Shown here one piece after another: positions 30,433 through 43,227 of a stretch of DNA of 60,706 nt (positions within the stretch are counted from its first letter, which is position 1; every line of letters begins with the position of its first letter). The notes beneath the pieces are model-generated. The model saw only the letters and a list, made by a program, of their open reading frames with translations, was not told the origin of the DNA and searched no databases. The stretch comes from Cyanophyceae cyanobacterium. Lineage in GTDB: Bacteria > Cyanobacteriota > Cyanobacteriia > Cyanobacteriales > Laspinemataceae. The stretch spans positions 1 through 60,706 of the forward strand of contig JBBQFN010000032.1 of assembly GCA_038321985.1 (NCBI GenBank). The letters are read 5' to 3'. The position numbers and the translations under genes were made by a program.

Positions 30433-31533
30433 ATGGTTCCCGTTGCGCTACGCATGATTGGGGAGGCGAAAGGACGCTTTGCGATCGCCGTCCTTGGTAT
30501 TGCCTTTACGGTCATGCTCATGCTATTTTTACTAGGTGTTTACCAAGGGGTAAAATTTGGGTCCAAAAGTTACGTGTTACACACTCAAGCTGAGGTTTGG
30601 GTCAGTCAACGCAATACCCGAAATTTGATTAAAACCTCTTCCTTTTTACCCGAAAACCTCGGTGATATCCTCCGGCAAGTGGAGGGGGTGAAAAGTGTTG
30701 ATGGTATCCTCCGGGCGATCGCCCCTGCCGAATTCCCCGATAAAACGGTTACTCTATATATTTTCGGATTTGACTCCAATACCCAAATTGGCGCACCTGA
30801 AATCAGTTCCGGTACCTCCAATGTCAATCCCGAAGAAATTATTTTAGACCGAGCTTTTGTAGCAACTCATCACCTGAAACTCGGTGATTCTATCTCCCTG
30901 CAAAGCCATAAATTTAAAATTGTCGGCATTAGTACAGGCACAAACTTAATTATCGGTCAATTTGCCTTTATGAGGCTGGATGATGTTCCTCGCTTACTAG
31001 GATTGCGGAACGTCCGCAGCTTTTATCTGCTCAATCTTGAATCCGATTCTCCCGAAATTATTTCTCGTCTCGAAGAACAATTCCCTGATTTAGTCTTTAT
31101 TCCCAAAGAGGAATTTGCCGAAAATAACGTAGAAGAAATGGAAATAGGCGTCCTTCCCATTCTGTGGACTATCGTTTTATTTGGGGCAATTACTGGGGCA
31201 ACGGTCATTGTTTTAATGATGTACACTTCTGTTCTAGAAAAACGCGAAGAGTATGCCATGTTAAAGGCTGTAGGTGCATCTCAGAATTTTTTAGGAACCC
31301 TCGTTTTAAAGCAATCGATGCTAGCCGCCTTTCTAGGATTTTCTGTGGGACTGATTCTTGATCTTACCTTTGCACCCTTGCTCGCTGAAGTTATCCCTTC
31401 TCTATTATTGGTCTTTACCTGGCCCGATGCGGCTGGAGTATTAGTTGGCTGCTTAATCCTGGGAGCCATTGGCACCTGGGCCCCGATTAGAACCTTGAAA
31501 AATATCTATCCCGCAGAAGTCTTTAGAGCTTAA
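30433..31533 (+). CDS. ABC transporter permease (MacB/FtsX type)
   Basis: N-terminal TM, periplasmic domain, EYAMLKAVGAS, three C-terminal TMs, PAEVFRA. Confidence 0.9.
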   Translation: MVPVALRMIGEAKGRFAIAVLGIAFTVMLMLFLLGVYQGVKFGSKSYVLHTQAEVWVSQRNTRNLIKTSSFLPENLGDILRQVEGVKSVDGILRAIAPAEFPDKTVTLYIFGFDSNTQIGAPEISSGTSNVNPEEIILDRAFVATHHLKLGDSISLQSHKFKIVGISTGTNLIIGQFAFMRLDDVPRLLGLRNVRSFYLLNLESDSPEIISRLEEQFPDLVFIPKEEFAENNVEEMEIGVLPILWTIVLFGAITGATVIVLMMYTSVLEKREEYAMLKAVGASQNFLGTLVLKQSMLAAFLGFSVGLILDLTFAPLLAEVIPSLLLVFTWPDAAGVLVGCLILGAIGTWAPIRTLKNIYPAEVFRA

Positions 31534-31535
31534 TT

Positions 31536-32225
31536 ATGTCCAATCATTCTATCTTAAAAGCCGAACATCTCTACAAAATGTATGGTCAAAAAAATCTTAA
31601 CTTGGTGCAAGCTGTTGAGGATGTCAGCCTAGAGTTAAAAGCCGGAGAAATGATGATGATTAGCGGACCCAATGGCAGCGGCAAAACCACCCTTTTATCC
31701 TTATTAGGATGTATGGGAAAACCCTCCGAAGGTACCATTAAAATTTTGGGCTATGAGGTCACTTGTCTGCATCAAAAAGAACTGACGGAATTTAGATTAA
31801 AAAATATTGGGTTCATTTTTCAAACTTTCCGCCTGCTGAATTTTCTAACCGTGCTAGAAAACGTTAAATTAATTTTAAATTTAGCAGGAAAATCCGGAGT
31901 ATTCGCCCATCAACGGGCCAAGTTTTTATTAGAGGAATTAAACATTTCCCACCGGGCTAACTTCTTTCCCCCCGCTTTAAGTGGCGGCGAAAAACAACGG
32001 GTGGCGATCGCCCGCGCCCTCGCCAATGACCCCCCCTTACTCCTCGCTGATGAACCTACCGGCAGCTTAGACTATCAAACCGGACAATCCGTCATTCAGC
32101 TATTAAGTGAGGTCGCTAAAACCCATCAAAAAGCGGTGGCAGTCGTCACCCACGACCCCCGCATCGAACATTATGCCGATCGCATCCTTAAAATGGAAGA
32201 TGGACATCTAACCACGAGAGAATAA
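31536..32225 (+). CDS. ABC transporter ATP-binding protein (LolD/DevA-like)
   Basis: [28 protein letters not shown]. Confidence 0.93.
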   Translation: MSNHSILKAEHLYKMYGQKNLNLVQAVEDVSLELKAGEMMMISGPNGSGKTTLLSLLGCMGKPSEGTIKILGYEVTCLHQKELTEFRLKNIGFIFQTFRLLNFLTVLENVKLILNLAGKSGVFAHQRAKFLLEELNISHRANFFPPALSGGEKQRVAIARALANDPPLLLADEPTGSLDYQTGQSVIQLLSEVAKTHQKAVAVVTHDPRIEHYADRILKMEDGHLTTRE

Positions 32226-32256
32226 CCCTTAAAAACTCTATCAAATCCTCTCCCCA

Positions 32257-34483
<2,227 letters not shown>

Positions 34484-34484
34484 A

Positions 34485-35480
34485 ATGAGTTTAGAAAATC
34501 AAACTAAACCAGCCGTCAAACTCCATCAGAGTTCGGGTCGTTGGCAGTTGGGGTTGGGTCTGTCCCTGGTAACGGTGGTACTATGGGGACTGTTACCTGT
34601 CGCCCTTAAAGTGACACTTCAGGCCCTTGATGTTTACACCGTAACTTGGTTTCGGTTTCTCTTGTCATTTGGGATATTAGCGACGATTTTAGGAGTGAGG
34701 CAGCAACTTCCTTCACGGGAAAAATTGCGAGCAACTTCCTGGAAGTTACTGGCAGTCGCGACGGGTTTTCTATCTGTGAATTATGCACTGTATTTACAAG
34801 GATTGGCCCAAACTTCTCCCGCCAATGCTCAAGTGTTTATTCAGTTAGCGCCGGTATTAATGGGATTAGGGGCGATCGCCATTTTCAAGGAACGCTATAC
34901 TTGGCGTCAGTGGGGAGGATTGACAATATTAACCCTGGGTTTTGTTGTCTTTTTTCATGAACAATTGCAAACCGTTCTCAGCGCACCCCGTAATTATTTA
35001 ACTGGTAATATTATTCTAGTGGTGGCAGCAGCCGCTTGGGCAGTTTATGCCCTAGCCCAAAAACAACTGTTGCAACAGTTATCCTCATCTAATATCATGC
35101 TATTATTATATGGCATTTGCACTATTTTATTCAGCCCTTTTGCTTCGCCCTCTAAACTTTTAACGCTGACTTCCTTAGAGTGGGGAATGTTAATTTTTTG
35201 TGGCTTAAATACAGTAGTTGCCTATGGAGCATTTGCTGAATCTTTGGCGCATTGGGATGCCTCTAAAGTGAGTGCAGTCTTAGCAACTGCTCCCATTATT
35301 ACGTTAGTCTCAGTCTGGGTGATTTCCCTGGGAATTCCGCTACCGATCGCACCGGAACGGTTAACCATTTTAGCCATAATCGGAGCTATGTTAGTCGTAT
35401 CTGGATCAGCAGCGATCGCCTTGGGTAAAAGCACTAATCGCACTAGAGAAGGGGGCCGATTTTGGCGGAAATCAGGGTGA
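34485..35480 (+). CDS. EamA/DMT family permease
   Basis: About ten TM segments arranged in two EamA repeats. Confidence 0.9.
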   Translation: MSLENQTKPAVKLHQSSGRWQLGLGLSLVTVVLWGLLPVALKVTLQALDVYTVTWFRFLLSFGILATILGVRQQLPSREKLRATSWKLLAVATGFLSVNYALYLQGLAQTSPANAQVFIQLAPVLMGLGAIAIFKERYTWRQWGGLTILTLGFVVFFHEQLQTVLSAPRNYLTGNIILVVAAAAWAVYALAQKQLLQQLSSSNIMLLLYGICTILFSPFASPSKLLTLTSLEWGMLIFCGLNTVVAYGAFAESLAHWDASKVSAVLATAPIITLVSVWVISLGIPLPIAPERLTILAIIGAMLVVSGSAAIALGKSTNRTREGGRFWRKSG

Positions 35481-35637
35481 TTCTCAATCCGGTTTTTGTC
35501 ACAAAAAACGACACCCATGCAGCATTCAGCTACAGAAAAAAAGCCCCGGATCCAGGCTATGCTTGACATGGGGCTTTTTAAAGTGAGGCGAGGATTCATA
35601 AATTGTCCCAATCCTGAATTCCCCAGAAGATAGAACC

Positions 35638-36120
35638 TTATAAATTTTCAATCATCTTTAAAGCGGAGATGGCTGCATTTTTTGAAGCCGCTGGATTGGG
35701 ATTATCAAGCTGTAATGAATGGGGAAATTCCCGGGCAGCCTTTTCCCGGGCGCGACATTGTTTTAGGGCTAGTTGAGCGCGGATTTTTTCTAGGGGATTT
35801 TGTGCCTGAGTCAACTGTTCCTGAGCCTTTTCTAATTCGGATTTAGCAATCGCTGCATCAATGCGATCGCCTCGTTCCCCATCATTCACTAAAACCGTGA
35901 CCACATCCCCTTCAATTTCTGCAAATCCTCCCTTGACAAAAATCGGAATCCAAGTGTTTTGATAGCGAATCCGCATGACCCCCACTTCAATAAATGTAAC
36001 CATCGCAACATGACCACACAAAATCCCGACTTGACCCGTACTTGTGGGCAAAATTACCTCTGGACTCTGAGCATTCCACAGGGTTTTTGAGGGAGTGATG
36101 ACATAAACGTTCAAAATCAT
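35638..36120 (-). CDS. atpC: ATP synthase epsilon subunit paralog (orphan)
   Basis: VITPSKTLW..EVILPTSTGQVGILCGH..GGFAEIEGDVVTVLVNDGERGDRID plus helical hairpin; no atpD adjacent. Confidence 0.85.
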   Translation of the reverse strand: MILNVYVITPSKTLWNAQSPEVILPTSTGQVGILCGHVAMVTFIEVGVMRIRYQNTWIPIFVKGGFAEIEGDVVTVLVNDGERGDRIDAAIAKSELEKAQEQLTQAQNPLEKIRAQLALKQCRAREKAAREFPHSLQLDNPNPAASKNAAISALKMIENL

Positions 36121-37230
36121 AGCAGTTTGAAAGTTACTATCTTAATGAGTGGATGATTTCAACGTTCTCGGGTGTCAACGGCGATATTATAACGTTTTTC
36201 TGTTCAATCAGCTTGAGAACCTCTGCCTGTCAATGTATCCTTCCCTGGGCGGCATTCCGGCATTTCTCTCATAGTTCCCCTTGACCCCGGGATTTAAGAG
36301 GCTCTAAACTGGGCTCAAGGTGACTCAGGGTGCAATTAACGGGATGTGATCACAGGAGAAACCCTGGGATTGAGTGCGCTATAGCACTCAGTTAAATTGA
36401 AGTGGAGTGACCCAGGGAATTTTGTTACTTTTTTTAACGTCAATAGAGCGGATTTTGTGATATAGAAAAAAGGTTAGGATAGAGCGCGTCCAAATGACTT
36501 GGATAATTTTCTGACGGGCCCATCTGATGAGCCGTGGTTGGCTAATTCTACCTCAGGGTAAATCATTTAGGCGACTCTATATTTTGAAGTGAAAATCAAC
36601 TCTCAAATAAGCGTTGAGTTAACAATTATTAATCCTCCTGAATAATACCTAGAAATTTTACTGTCCAATTGGAAATTAGTCTAGCCGGGAAAGAGGGCGA
36701 TCGCAGTAGTAGAAAAAGATAAGCTCTAAGCTCAGGAATTGTACAGATATAATTGACCCATCGTGATGACGGAGAATTCCTCTGGAATTCTCCGTAAATT
36801 TTGGTATTCGCTTTCCTCAATTGGGAGTTTGCCCCCCTTAGTCCTAGAAACTCTACTGATACTTTAGATAGATTTTAAAAAATGAAACTCCCAATTTGAG
36901 CTAAATTCAGTTTACAATTAAACCATAGCCCCTCTTTTTGGAGCGGTGATAATGAATTGACCAGCCTCTTATTCAGGTAAATCTTGAGGAGACCGTTAGG
37001 CTTTACTTGTCCGTGGCAATGGTAAGCCGTCGATTGAATAGTGTTATCCTATTGCACCCCATCGCAGGTCAGGACACTTTATTCGGATACATTTTGGGCG
37101 GCGGTTTCACCCCCATAAAATTTTTAATAAACTGTGGAGACTAGAAAGAAACCCGTATTAATACTGGATTATTTTGGTAAGTTTCTGACTGCATAAAAAA
37201 TTTCAACCATTTAATTAGAATGAACCGCTT

Positions 37231-40041
37231 ATGAGAATTTTACTGGTGGAGGATGACGAACCGATCGCCCAAGCACTTGTCGCTACACTGAAACATCAAA
37301 ATCATGTAGTAGACGTGGCAACCGATGGGCAATTAGGCTTAGAATTAGCCGAAGCCTGTGGGTATGATCTGGTGTTGCTGGACGTTATGCTGCCTAAACT
37401 GGATGGAATTAGTTTATGCCGGAAGTTACGAAGCTCAGGCTATCAAATGCCCATCCTGTTGCTCACCGCTAAAGACAGCACGGAAGATAAAGTCAAAGGA
37501 CTGGATGCCGGTGCCGATGATTATCTCGTCAAACCCTTTGACTTACCGGAACTGACGGCACGAATTAGGGCTTTATTGCGCCGAGGAACTGCTCCGTTAC
37601 CTCCGGTGCTAGAGTGGGGGCCTCTGGAACTGAATCCGAGTAACTGTGACGTTACCTACAACAACAAACCTGTCACTCTGACGCCGACGGAATATCGCCT
37701 GCTGGAACTATTCATGCGAAACAGCAGCCGGGTTTATAGTCGCAGTGCGATTTTGGATCATTTATGGTCCTTTGATGAACCTCCCTCGGAAGATACTATT
37801 CGAGCACATATTAAAGGATTGCGACAAAAACTTAAGTCGGCTGGTGCGCCCCCAGATGCGGTGGAAACCGTTTATGGGTTGGGTTACCGACTTAAGCCTC
37901 TGAGTGAGGAAAAATTGGTTCAACCCCCTCGCATCCTGATGGCGGGGTTATCGGACGAGTTGGGGGGTTGGTTGCAACAGCGGCTCGGAAATGCGGTGGT
38001 TCGGGTGACTCATACCGGAGAAGATACCCGAACTGAACTAAGCGATCGCCATTGGTCCTTAATCATTTTAGATGAACATTTGCGCCATCCCTCCCCTGTA
38101 GAACTGCTCAAATATATCGGCAACTCCGGGCAATCCGTCACCCCCATTCCCGTCATTTACTGTGGGGTTAAAGAAGTAGAAAGCTACCACCTTGCACCCT
38201 CGGGCAAACGGAGAAAGCCCAAGGAAACCCAGACTAGCCAACTGATCCAACCGCAATCGGAAATCTTAGACCGGCTCACCTCCGTTCTCTACCACCCCCT
38301 GGATAGGGAGGAACTTGCTCGTGAAGTCGCTAAACTCCTGAATCTGAAATTGTCACAACCCCAAGACTCCCCGACACAAGATCCGACGATTGTGGCTGCC
38401 ATTGGCAAAGTCTGGGAACGCTTCAAAGACCGAATTGTTGACCGAGTAACGACGATCGAGCAGGCGAATCAAGCCCTTGGATGCGGAGAACTCACCCAGG
38501 AATTGCACGCCACTGCGGAACGGGAAGCGCACAAGTTGGCAGGGTCTTTAGGCACGTTTGGGTTGACTCAAGGCTCAGAAATTGCACGGCAAGTGGAGCA
38601 GTTGCTACACAGTCCCACTCTCGAACCTAGCCAATCCGACGATTTGTCAAAATTAGTGCAAGCCCTGCGATCGCAGATTGAGCAAGCACCCATTGAGGGC
38701 GATCGCCGGGAGGTAAATCCCCTCAACGAGCTCCCCGTGTTGCTGATGGTCGAGGGGGACCCGGAACTGTCCCAACAGATTGGGGCTGAAGTTAAAGGGT
38801 GGGGGATAAAGGTTGTTAAGAGTGACTCCATCGCCTCCGCCCGAACAGCCCTCGCCGATCTGCGTCCCGATGCAGTCTTATTAGATTTGTCGGCGACAGA
38901 AACTCTCCCCCTTAACCCCAACAATAAAGAAGAGGGATTGACCTTACTCTCGGAACTTGCCAACGGGTTCCCCCCTTTACCCGTCCTGGTGGTAACCGAT
39001 CAAAGTCGGGTTGAAGACCGATTAGAAGTGGCCCGCCTAGGGGGCCGAGCTTTCTTACAAAAGCCCGTGCGACCCGCTCAAATTATGGAAGCGGTTTTGC
39101 AGGTTTTACAAGGAGTTCAAACCACGGAAGCTAAAGTCATGGTCGTGGATGATGACCCTCAAATTCTATCCCTAGTTAAACATTTTCTAGAACCTTGGGG
39201 TATGAAAACTTTAGCCCTTTCTAACCCGCAGCACTTCTGGGAAACCCTAGAAGTTTCATCCCCAGATTTGCTAATTCTGGATGTAGAATTGCCCCAACTC
39301 AGTGGAATAGAACTTTGCCAAGTCGTTCGTAACGATCCGCGATGGAACAGTCTCCCTGTATTATTTCTAACGGCTCACACCGGGCCCGATATTGTCCATC
39401 AAGTCTTTGCTGCCGGGGCCGATGATTATATTAGTAAACCCATCGTCGGCCCGGAACTGGTTACCCGCATCCTCAATCGTCTCGAACGGATTCACTTATT
39501 GCGAAGCATGGCAGAAACCGATCCGCTTACCGGGGTAGCCAACCGTCGCAAATCCACAACCGAATTAGACAAGTTCCTGCACCTGTGCCAACTGCACGAA
39601 CAACCGCTGTGTCTAGCCATGTTAGACCTGGATCGCTTTAAGCAAGTGAACGATCGCTATGGTCATGCCATGGGAGATGCGGTGTTACGACAATTTGGTA
39701 AGCTCTTACTTCGGACCTTCCGGAGTGAGGATGTGGTCGCGCGTTGGGGTGGGGAAGAATTTGTGGTGGGGATGTATGGCATGAACAAGGAGTCTGGGGC
39801 CAAACGCTTGAATGAACTCCTCGAAACCCTCCACGCCGAACCCTTGATGCTCGCAGAGGAGCGGTTATACCTCACGTTTAGTGGGGGGGTTGCTCAGTAT
39901 CCCGAAGATGGTCAGACGGTCGATATATTGTATCGTTGTGCTGATCGCGCTCTATATCTGGCTAAGACTGCCGGTCGCGATCGCATCCTTCTCCATTCTG
40001 AAGGAGAACCGCTTGTGGGTTATACCGAATCTTCTGGATAG
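37231..40041 (+). CDS. Multi-domain regulator: REC-wHTH-(degenerate REC)-Hpt-REC-REC-GGDEF
   Basis: MRILLVEDD/DVMLP, ETVYGLGYRL, AHKLAGSLGTFG, two further REC domains, RSED..RWGGEEF. Confidence 0.93.
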   Translation: MRILLVEDDEPIAQALVATLKHQNHVVDVATDGQLGLELAEACGYDLVLLDVMLPKLDGISLCRKLRSSGYQMPILLLTAKDSTEDKVKGLDAGADDYLVKPFDLPELTARIRALLRRGTAPLPPVLEWGPLELNPSNCDVTYNNKPVTLTPTEYRLLELFMRNSSRVYSRSAILDHLWSFDEPPSEDTIRAHIKGLRQKLKSAGAPPDAVETVYGLGYRLKPLSEEKLVQPPRILMAGLSDELGGWLQQRLGNAVVRVTHTGEDTRTELSDRHWSLIILDEHLRHPSPVELLKYIGNSGQSVTPIPVIYCGVKEVESYHLAPSGKRRKPKETQTSQLIQPQSEILDRLTSVLYHPLDREELAREVAKLLNLKLSQPQDSPTQDPTIVAAIGKVWERFKDRIVDRVTTIEQANQALGCGELTQELHATAEREAHKLAGSLGTFGLTQGSEIARQVEQLLHSPTLEPSQSDDLSKLVQALRSQIEQAPIEGDRREVNPLNELPVLLMVEGDPELSQQIGAEVKGWGIKVVKSDSIASARTALADLRPDAVLLDLSATETLPLNPNNKEEGLTLLSELANGFPPLPVLVVTDQSRVEDRLEVARLGGRAFLQKPVRPAQIMEAVLQVLQGVQTTEAKVMVVDDDPQILSLVKHFLEPWGMKTLALSNPQHFWETLEVSSPDLLILDVELPQLSGIELCQVVRNDPRWNSLPVLFLTAHTGPDIVHQVFAAGADDYISKPIVGPELVTRILNRLERIHLLRSMAETDPLTGVANRRKSTTELDKFLHLCQLHEQPLCLAMLDLDRFKQVNDRYGHAMGDAVLRQFGKLLLRTFRSEDVVARWGGEEFVVGMYGMNKESGAKRLNELLETLHAEPLMLAEERLYLTFSGGVAQYPEDGQTVDILYRCADRALYLAKTAGRDRILLHSEGEPLVGYTESSG

Positions 40042-40150
40042 AGTCGGTTTAAATTCTTAGCCCAGGCGGAGGCTTTGCATCTTGCTCACTATCATTTATG
40101 TCAATATGATGTATATGAGCTATATAACCGGTCTACATGATTTGAACTGA

Positions 40151-40189
40151 AAAAATAGAGACGCCCACCTCTGCTGCGTCTCTATTTTT
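40151..40189. terminator. Bidirectional intrinsic terminator
   Basis: AAAAATAGAGACGC...GCGTCTCTATTTTT. Confidence 0.7.
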
Positions 40190-40284
40190 GTCTCTATACC
40201 AGGTCTAAAGCAATTATTTCCAGCCCACCCACTCGCGGGACTTATAGCACTTGAAGGCGGTGCGAGTTGTCGCGACCCGCAAAT

Positions 40285-41223
40285 CTATGATTGGGGAGTG
40301 GAATAGCGATCAAACCAAGACTGATAGGTGTTGCGAAAGCGCTCTTCTTCCACCACCAGTTCAACGCGCACTTTGGAACAACCGTTCGGTTGACGCTTGG
40401 CAATTTCTTCTAAAATGCGCGCGGCAATTTCCGGGGAATGAAATTCTCCCGTCACTCGGTTTGTGTCTTGGCTTTGGATTTGCGCTGCTTGCACTGTCTC
40501 CGGATTTTCCTCGGACAGGAGGCGATAACCGTCTCCCTCTCCTAAAATAATTTCCGAGAGTTTCTTATACTCAGGACTGACTTGTTCTACAATTAACTTT
40601 TCCCGACGGACGGGTACTTCAATCATCCGAGTTTCAATTTCTTTACGGACAACCACCTCACCGACTTTTCGTTTGTGGTGATTGACCACTAATCGTTCTT
40701 CTAGTAAGGGAATGTTACTGGCAATCACTTCTTTACGGATATGCTTAAAATCCGCTAAAGAACTCTCTTCGTCTATTTGATGTTGATGCGATCGCTCCTC
40801 AATGGCGAGATCCCCTTGATTCGGCGAAGAGGAAACCGGCTCTACCCACTCTCCGGGTAGGTCTAACGGGTCAATTTTTGCACCTTGTACCCCCGGCTCA
40901 TATTCCGGTAGCGCGTCCAAATGTTCCGGCGTCAGTAAAACAAACACAGAATTCGTGGCATATTCTATTTTTTCAATGAGGTCGCTACTCACTTTAACGA
41001 AGCCCTCAGCGCGATCGCCAAGGCGCGAAATAATTAAGTTGAGTTGGCTCTCGGATTCTAGGGTTAAATCTGTGATTCGCCCCATTGTCTGCCCTTGCGA
41101 ATCTCGGACTGTAAAACCTATTAGCTGACTTTTGAGGCTATCGAGTCGCATCGGAAGTTCACCCGGGGCTTGATCATCATACCCCAAAATTTCCCCTCTC
41201 TCCCTTAACTTATCGTTCATCAT
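40285..41223 (-). CDS. PRC-barrel-like plus DUF2382 protein
   Basis: IPLLEERLVV..KRKVGEVVVRKEIETRMIEVPVRREKL. Confidence 0.85.
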   Translation of the reverse strand: MMNDKLRERGEILGYDDQAPGELPMRLDSLKSQLIGFTVRDSQGQTMGRITDLTLESESQLNLIISRLGDRAEGFVKVSSDLIEKIEYATNSVFVLLTPEHLDALPEYEPGVQGAKIDPLDLPGEWVEPVSSSPNQGDLAIEERSHQHQIDEESSLADFKHIRKEVIASNIPLLEERLVVNHHKRKVGEVVVRKEIETRMIEVPVRREKLIVEQVSPEYKKLSEIILGEGDGYRLLSEENPETVQAAQIQSQDTNRVTGEFHSPEIAARILEEIAKRQPNGCSKVRVELVVEEERFRNTYQSWFDRYSTPQS

Positions 41224-41482
41224 AGTAGAATCTTCCTTATTTTTATGTGAAAAATTGACGCAATTTTAAAACGCATTTTAGTCAGTGTGCCTGAGCCAAA
41301 AGCCTTGGTGTGATCGGCTCTTAACTCAGGCTAGATTAGGCACCCCGGGGAAATGCATCCCTTTCACTCACAATACACTTCCTCTGGTACATCGGCGGCC
41401 CGATCGCCATTTCTGGATGATCGGGCCGGGATGTTTACCCGCGCCTATAGGGCGTTAGGTCGTCAGGTAGTGAGTGAGACGG

Positions 41483-42367
41483 TTACTTCTGGTTTGGGCG
41501 TCTTTCGACTACGGGCTTACCTTCGGTATCCACTTGGAGTTCTTCACGACGAAGGGTTTCTTGGCCTTCTACCATGTCGCTTTCGATTTCTTTATGGATT
41601 TCCACGTTTTCGCGGACAAAGGCTTCTTTATGGATGTCGGCAGTTTCTTCGTAAACTTCGGTGCGTGCCACTTCGCCTTCTTGGAAGGTGGCAGTTCCGG
41701 GAGCTACAGCCTGGGCGTTGCTCGTTCCGGCACTGGTTCGTTCGATCACAATGCGCTCCTTCTCAACCGGAACGGAAGCACGAGCTACTTCGGTTTCCAC
41801 TCGTTTGCTAACGCTCACTTCACCGGCTTTATGGCGGCTCTTGTTGGCAACTAGGCGTTCTTCGTACAGTTTCAGATTGCGGTGATCGCGATCGTTGCGA
41901 TCATAAAGATGAGGTTCTTGGTCGTAGTGGTAGGTATCCCGGTCGTAGGTAGCAGCAGAAGCGGCCGAGGGCGTGGATTGGGCCGCTGTTCCAGTTGTCG
42001 CCGTGCGATCGCGGTAGACGTCCCGCACACTCTCTTCATACTCGTAATCGATGGGTTGCAGTTCGTCATACTCGGGCAACTGTTCGGCTTGGTTCTTGTC
42101 CACTAAGCCCGTTGCATAAATGCGTCCGGCATCGTAGTCAATCCGTGCAGAGCCGATAGGAAGCAGCACTTTCTTACCGAAAATCCAAAATCCTGTATCA
42201 ACTACGAGATAACGGAAACGACCCGTGTCGTCTAAAAGAATATCGTAAACCGTCCCAATTTTTTCATCAGTTGTGCCGGCATAGATATCCATTCCTTTGA
42301 TATCAGTACCACCAAAAATCTCGTCTCGATAGTTGGGATAAAAATCGTTAATTTTCACTAAAGCCAT
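41483..42367 (-). CDS. PRC-barrel plus DUF2382 (YsnF/AvaK-like) protein
   Basis: FRYLVVDTGFWIFGKKVLLPIG; LKLYEERLVANK..GEV..KRVET. Confidence 0.9.
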   Translation of the reverse strand: MALVKINDFYPNYRDEIFGGTDIKGMDIYAGTTDEKIGTVYDILLDDTGRFRYLVVDTGFWIFGKKVLLPIGSARIDYDAGRIYATGLVDKNQAEQLPEYDELQPIDYEYEESVRDVYRDRTATTGTAAQSTPSAASAATYDRDTYHYDQEPHLYDRNDRDHRNLKLYEERLVANKSRHKAGEVSVSKRVETEVARASVPVEKERIVIERTSAGTSNAQAVAPGTATFQEGEVARTEVYEETADIHKEAFVRENVEIHKEIESDMVEGQETLRREELQVDTEGKPVVERRPNQK

Positions 42368-43227
42368 GATAAAAATGTATCCTGCATTTTGTTTGCCCTT
42401 TTATTCTAAGTAGAATTGTTCCAGAAGTACCTCTATCTTCCGGGAGATTTACCCTTTAAACCTCTGATTAATTTAAAATCGATTTTCAACCGCCTGATCC
42501 CGAAGAAATCCTGAGTTAATTTACTTATCTTAGCTCACAACCCTAATGTTTACGCTACAATCGCTGATTAAATACAATAATTCGAGAGACTAATCAGTAA
42601 TTGCGTGCCTATTTACATCTATCTGTTGATGGATTTTAACAAAAATTTCCTCTCTCTTAGGGTATCAGTACAAAGTGTCCCGCATAAAAACCCAGCCCAG
42701 AGACTCCTTTTCTGTAAGGGTGATCTCCTTGCTTTTGTACCCTAACCTGGTTTTTGAGTCTGTATCGACGCTTTCGGCTACTACTTTACCCTGCCATTCC
42801 CCCGGAAAAGGTTTTTAGGGCGAGGGAGTTATTGTTAGGTAAACAAAGCGTACTCCTAAAGATAATTCCTAAACTTCGTTAAGTGAGAAACGTTTCTCTA
42901 AATTTTGGGGAAATATTTTTAGCAATGGATCAAAATTGCGACACCTGCTCTGCTCTCACGTTGCAAGTTGGTGCAATTGTCCTGAAATTTGAAAATTTAG
43001 GGAATGGAGAGCGGGAAATTTTTCCCTCTTATGGCGGGAGGAAGAGTGGGGCGATCTCCTTGATTCATATTCTCTATCTCCCGCACCGAAAGAAAATCAG
43101 CCTCCAGTATAAACAACCCCCGATTCAATCCGGTGATTCCCGCGCAGTTTACCCCGGGATGTTCCCTCGGGGGAGAGTTTGTCTACTTTGGAGTTTAATC
43201 TCAGTTGTTATCCTTTCCCCTCTTCAA

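Noticed and set aside
34485..35480. sepJ/fraG
   Set aside because: Only a DMT permease domain; no coiled-coil or linker domains.
36241..36419. Cobalamin riboswitch or 6S RNA
   Set aside because: Only scattered AAGGGGAA and GCCGGAATGCC matches; conserved cores are missing and the fold is not rod-like.
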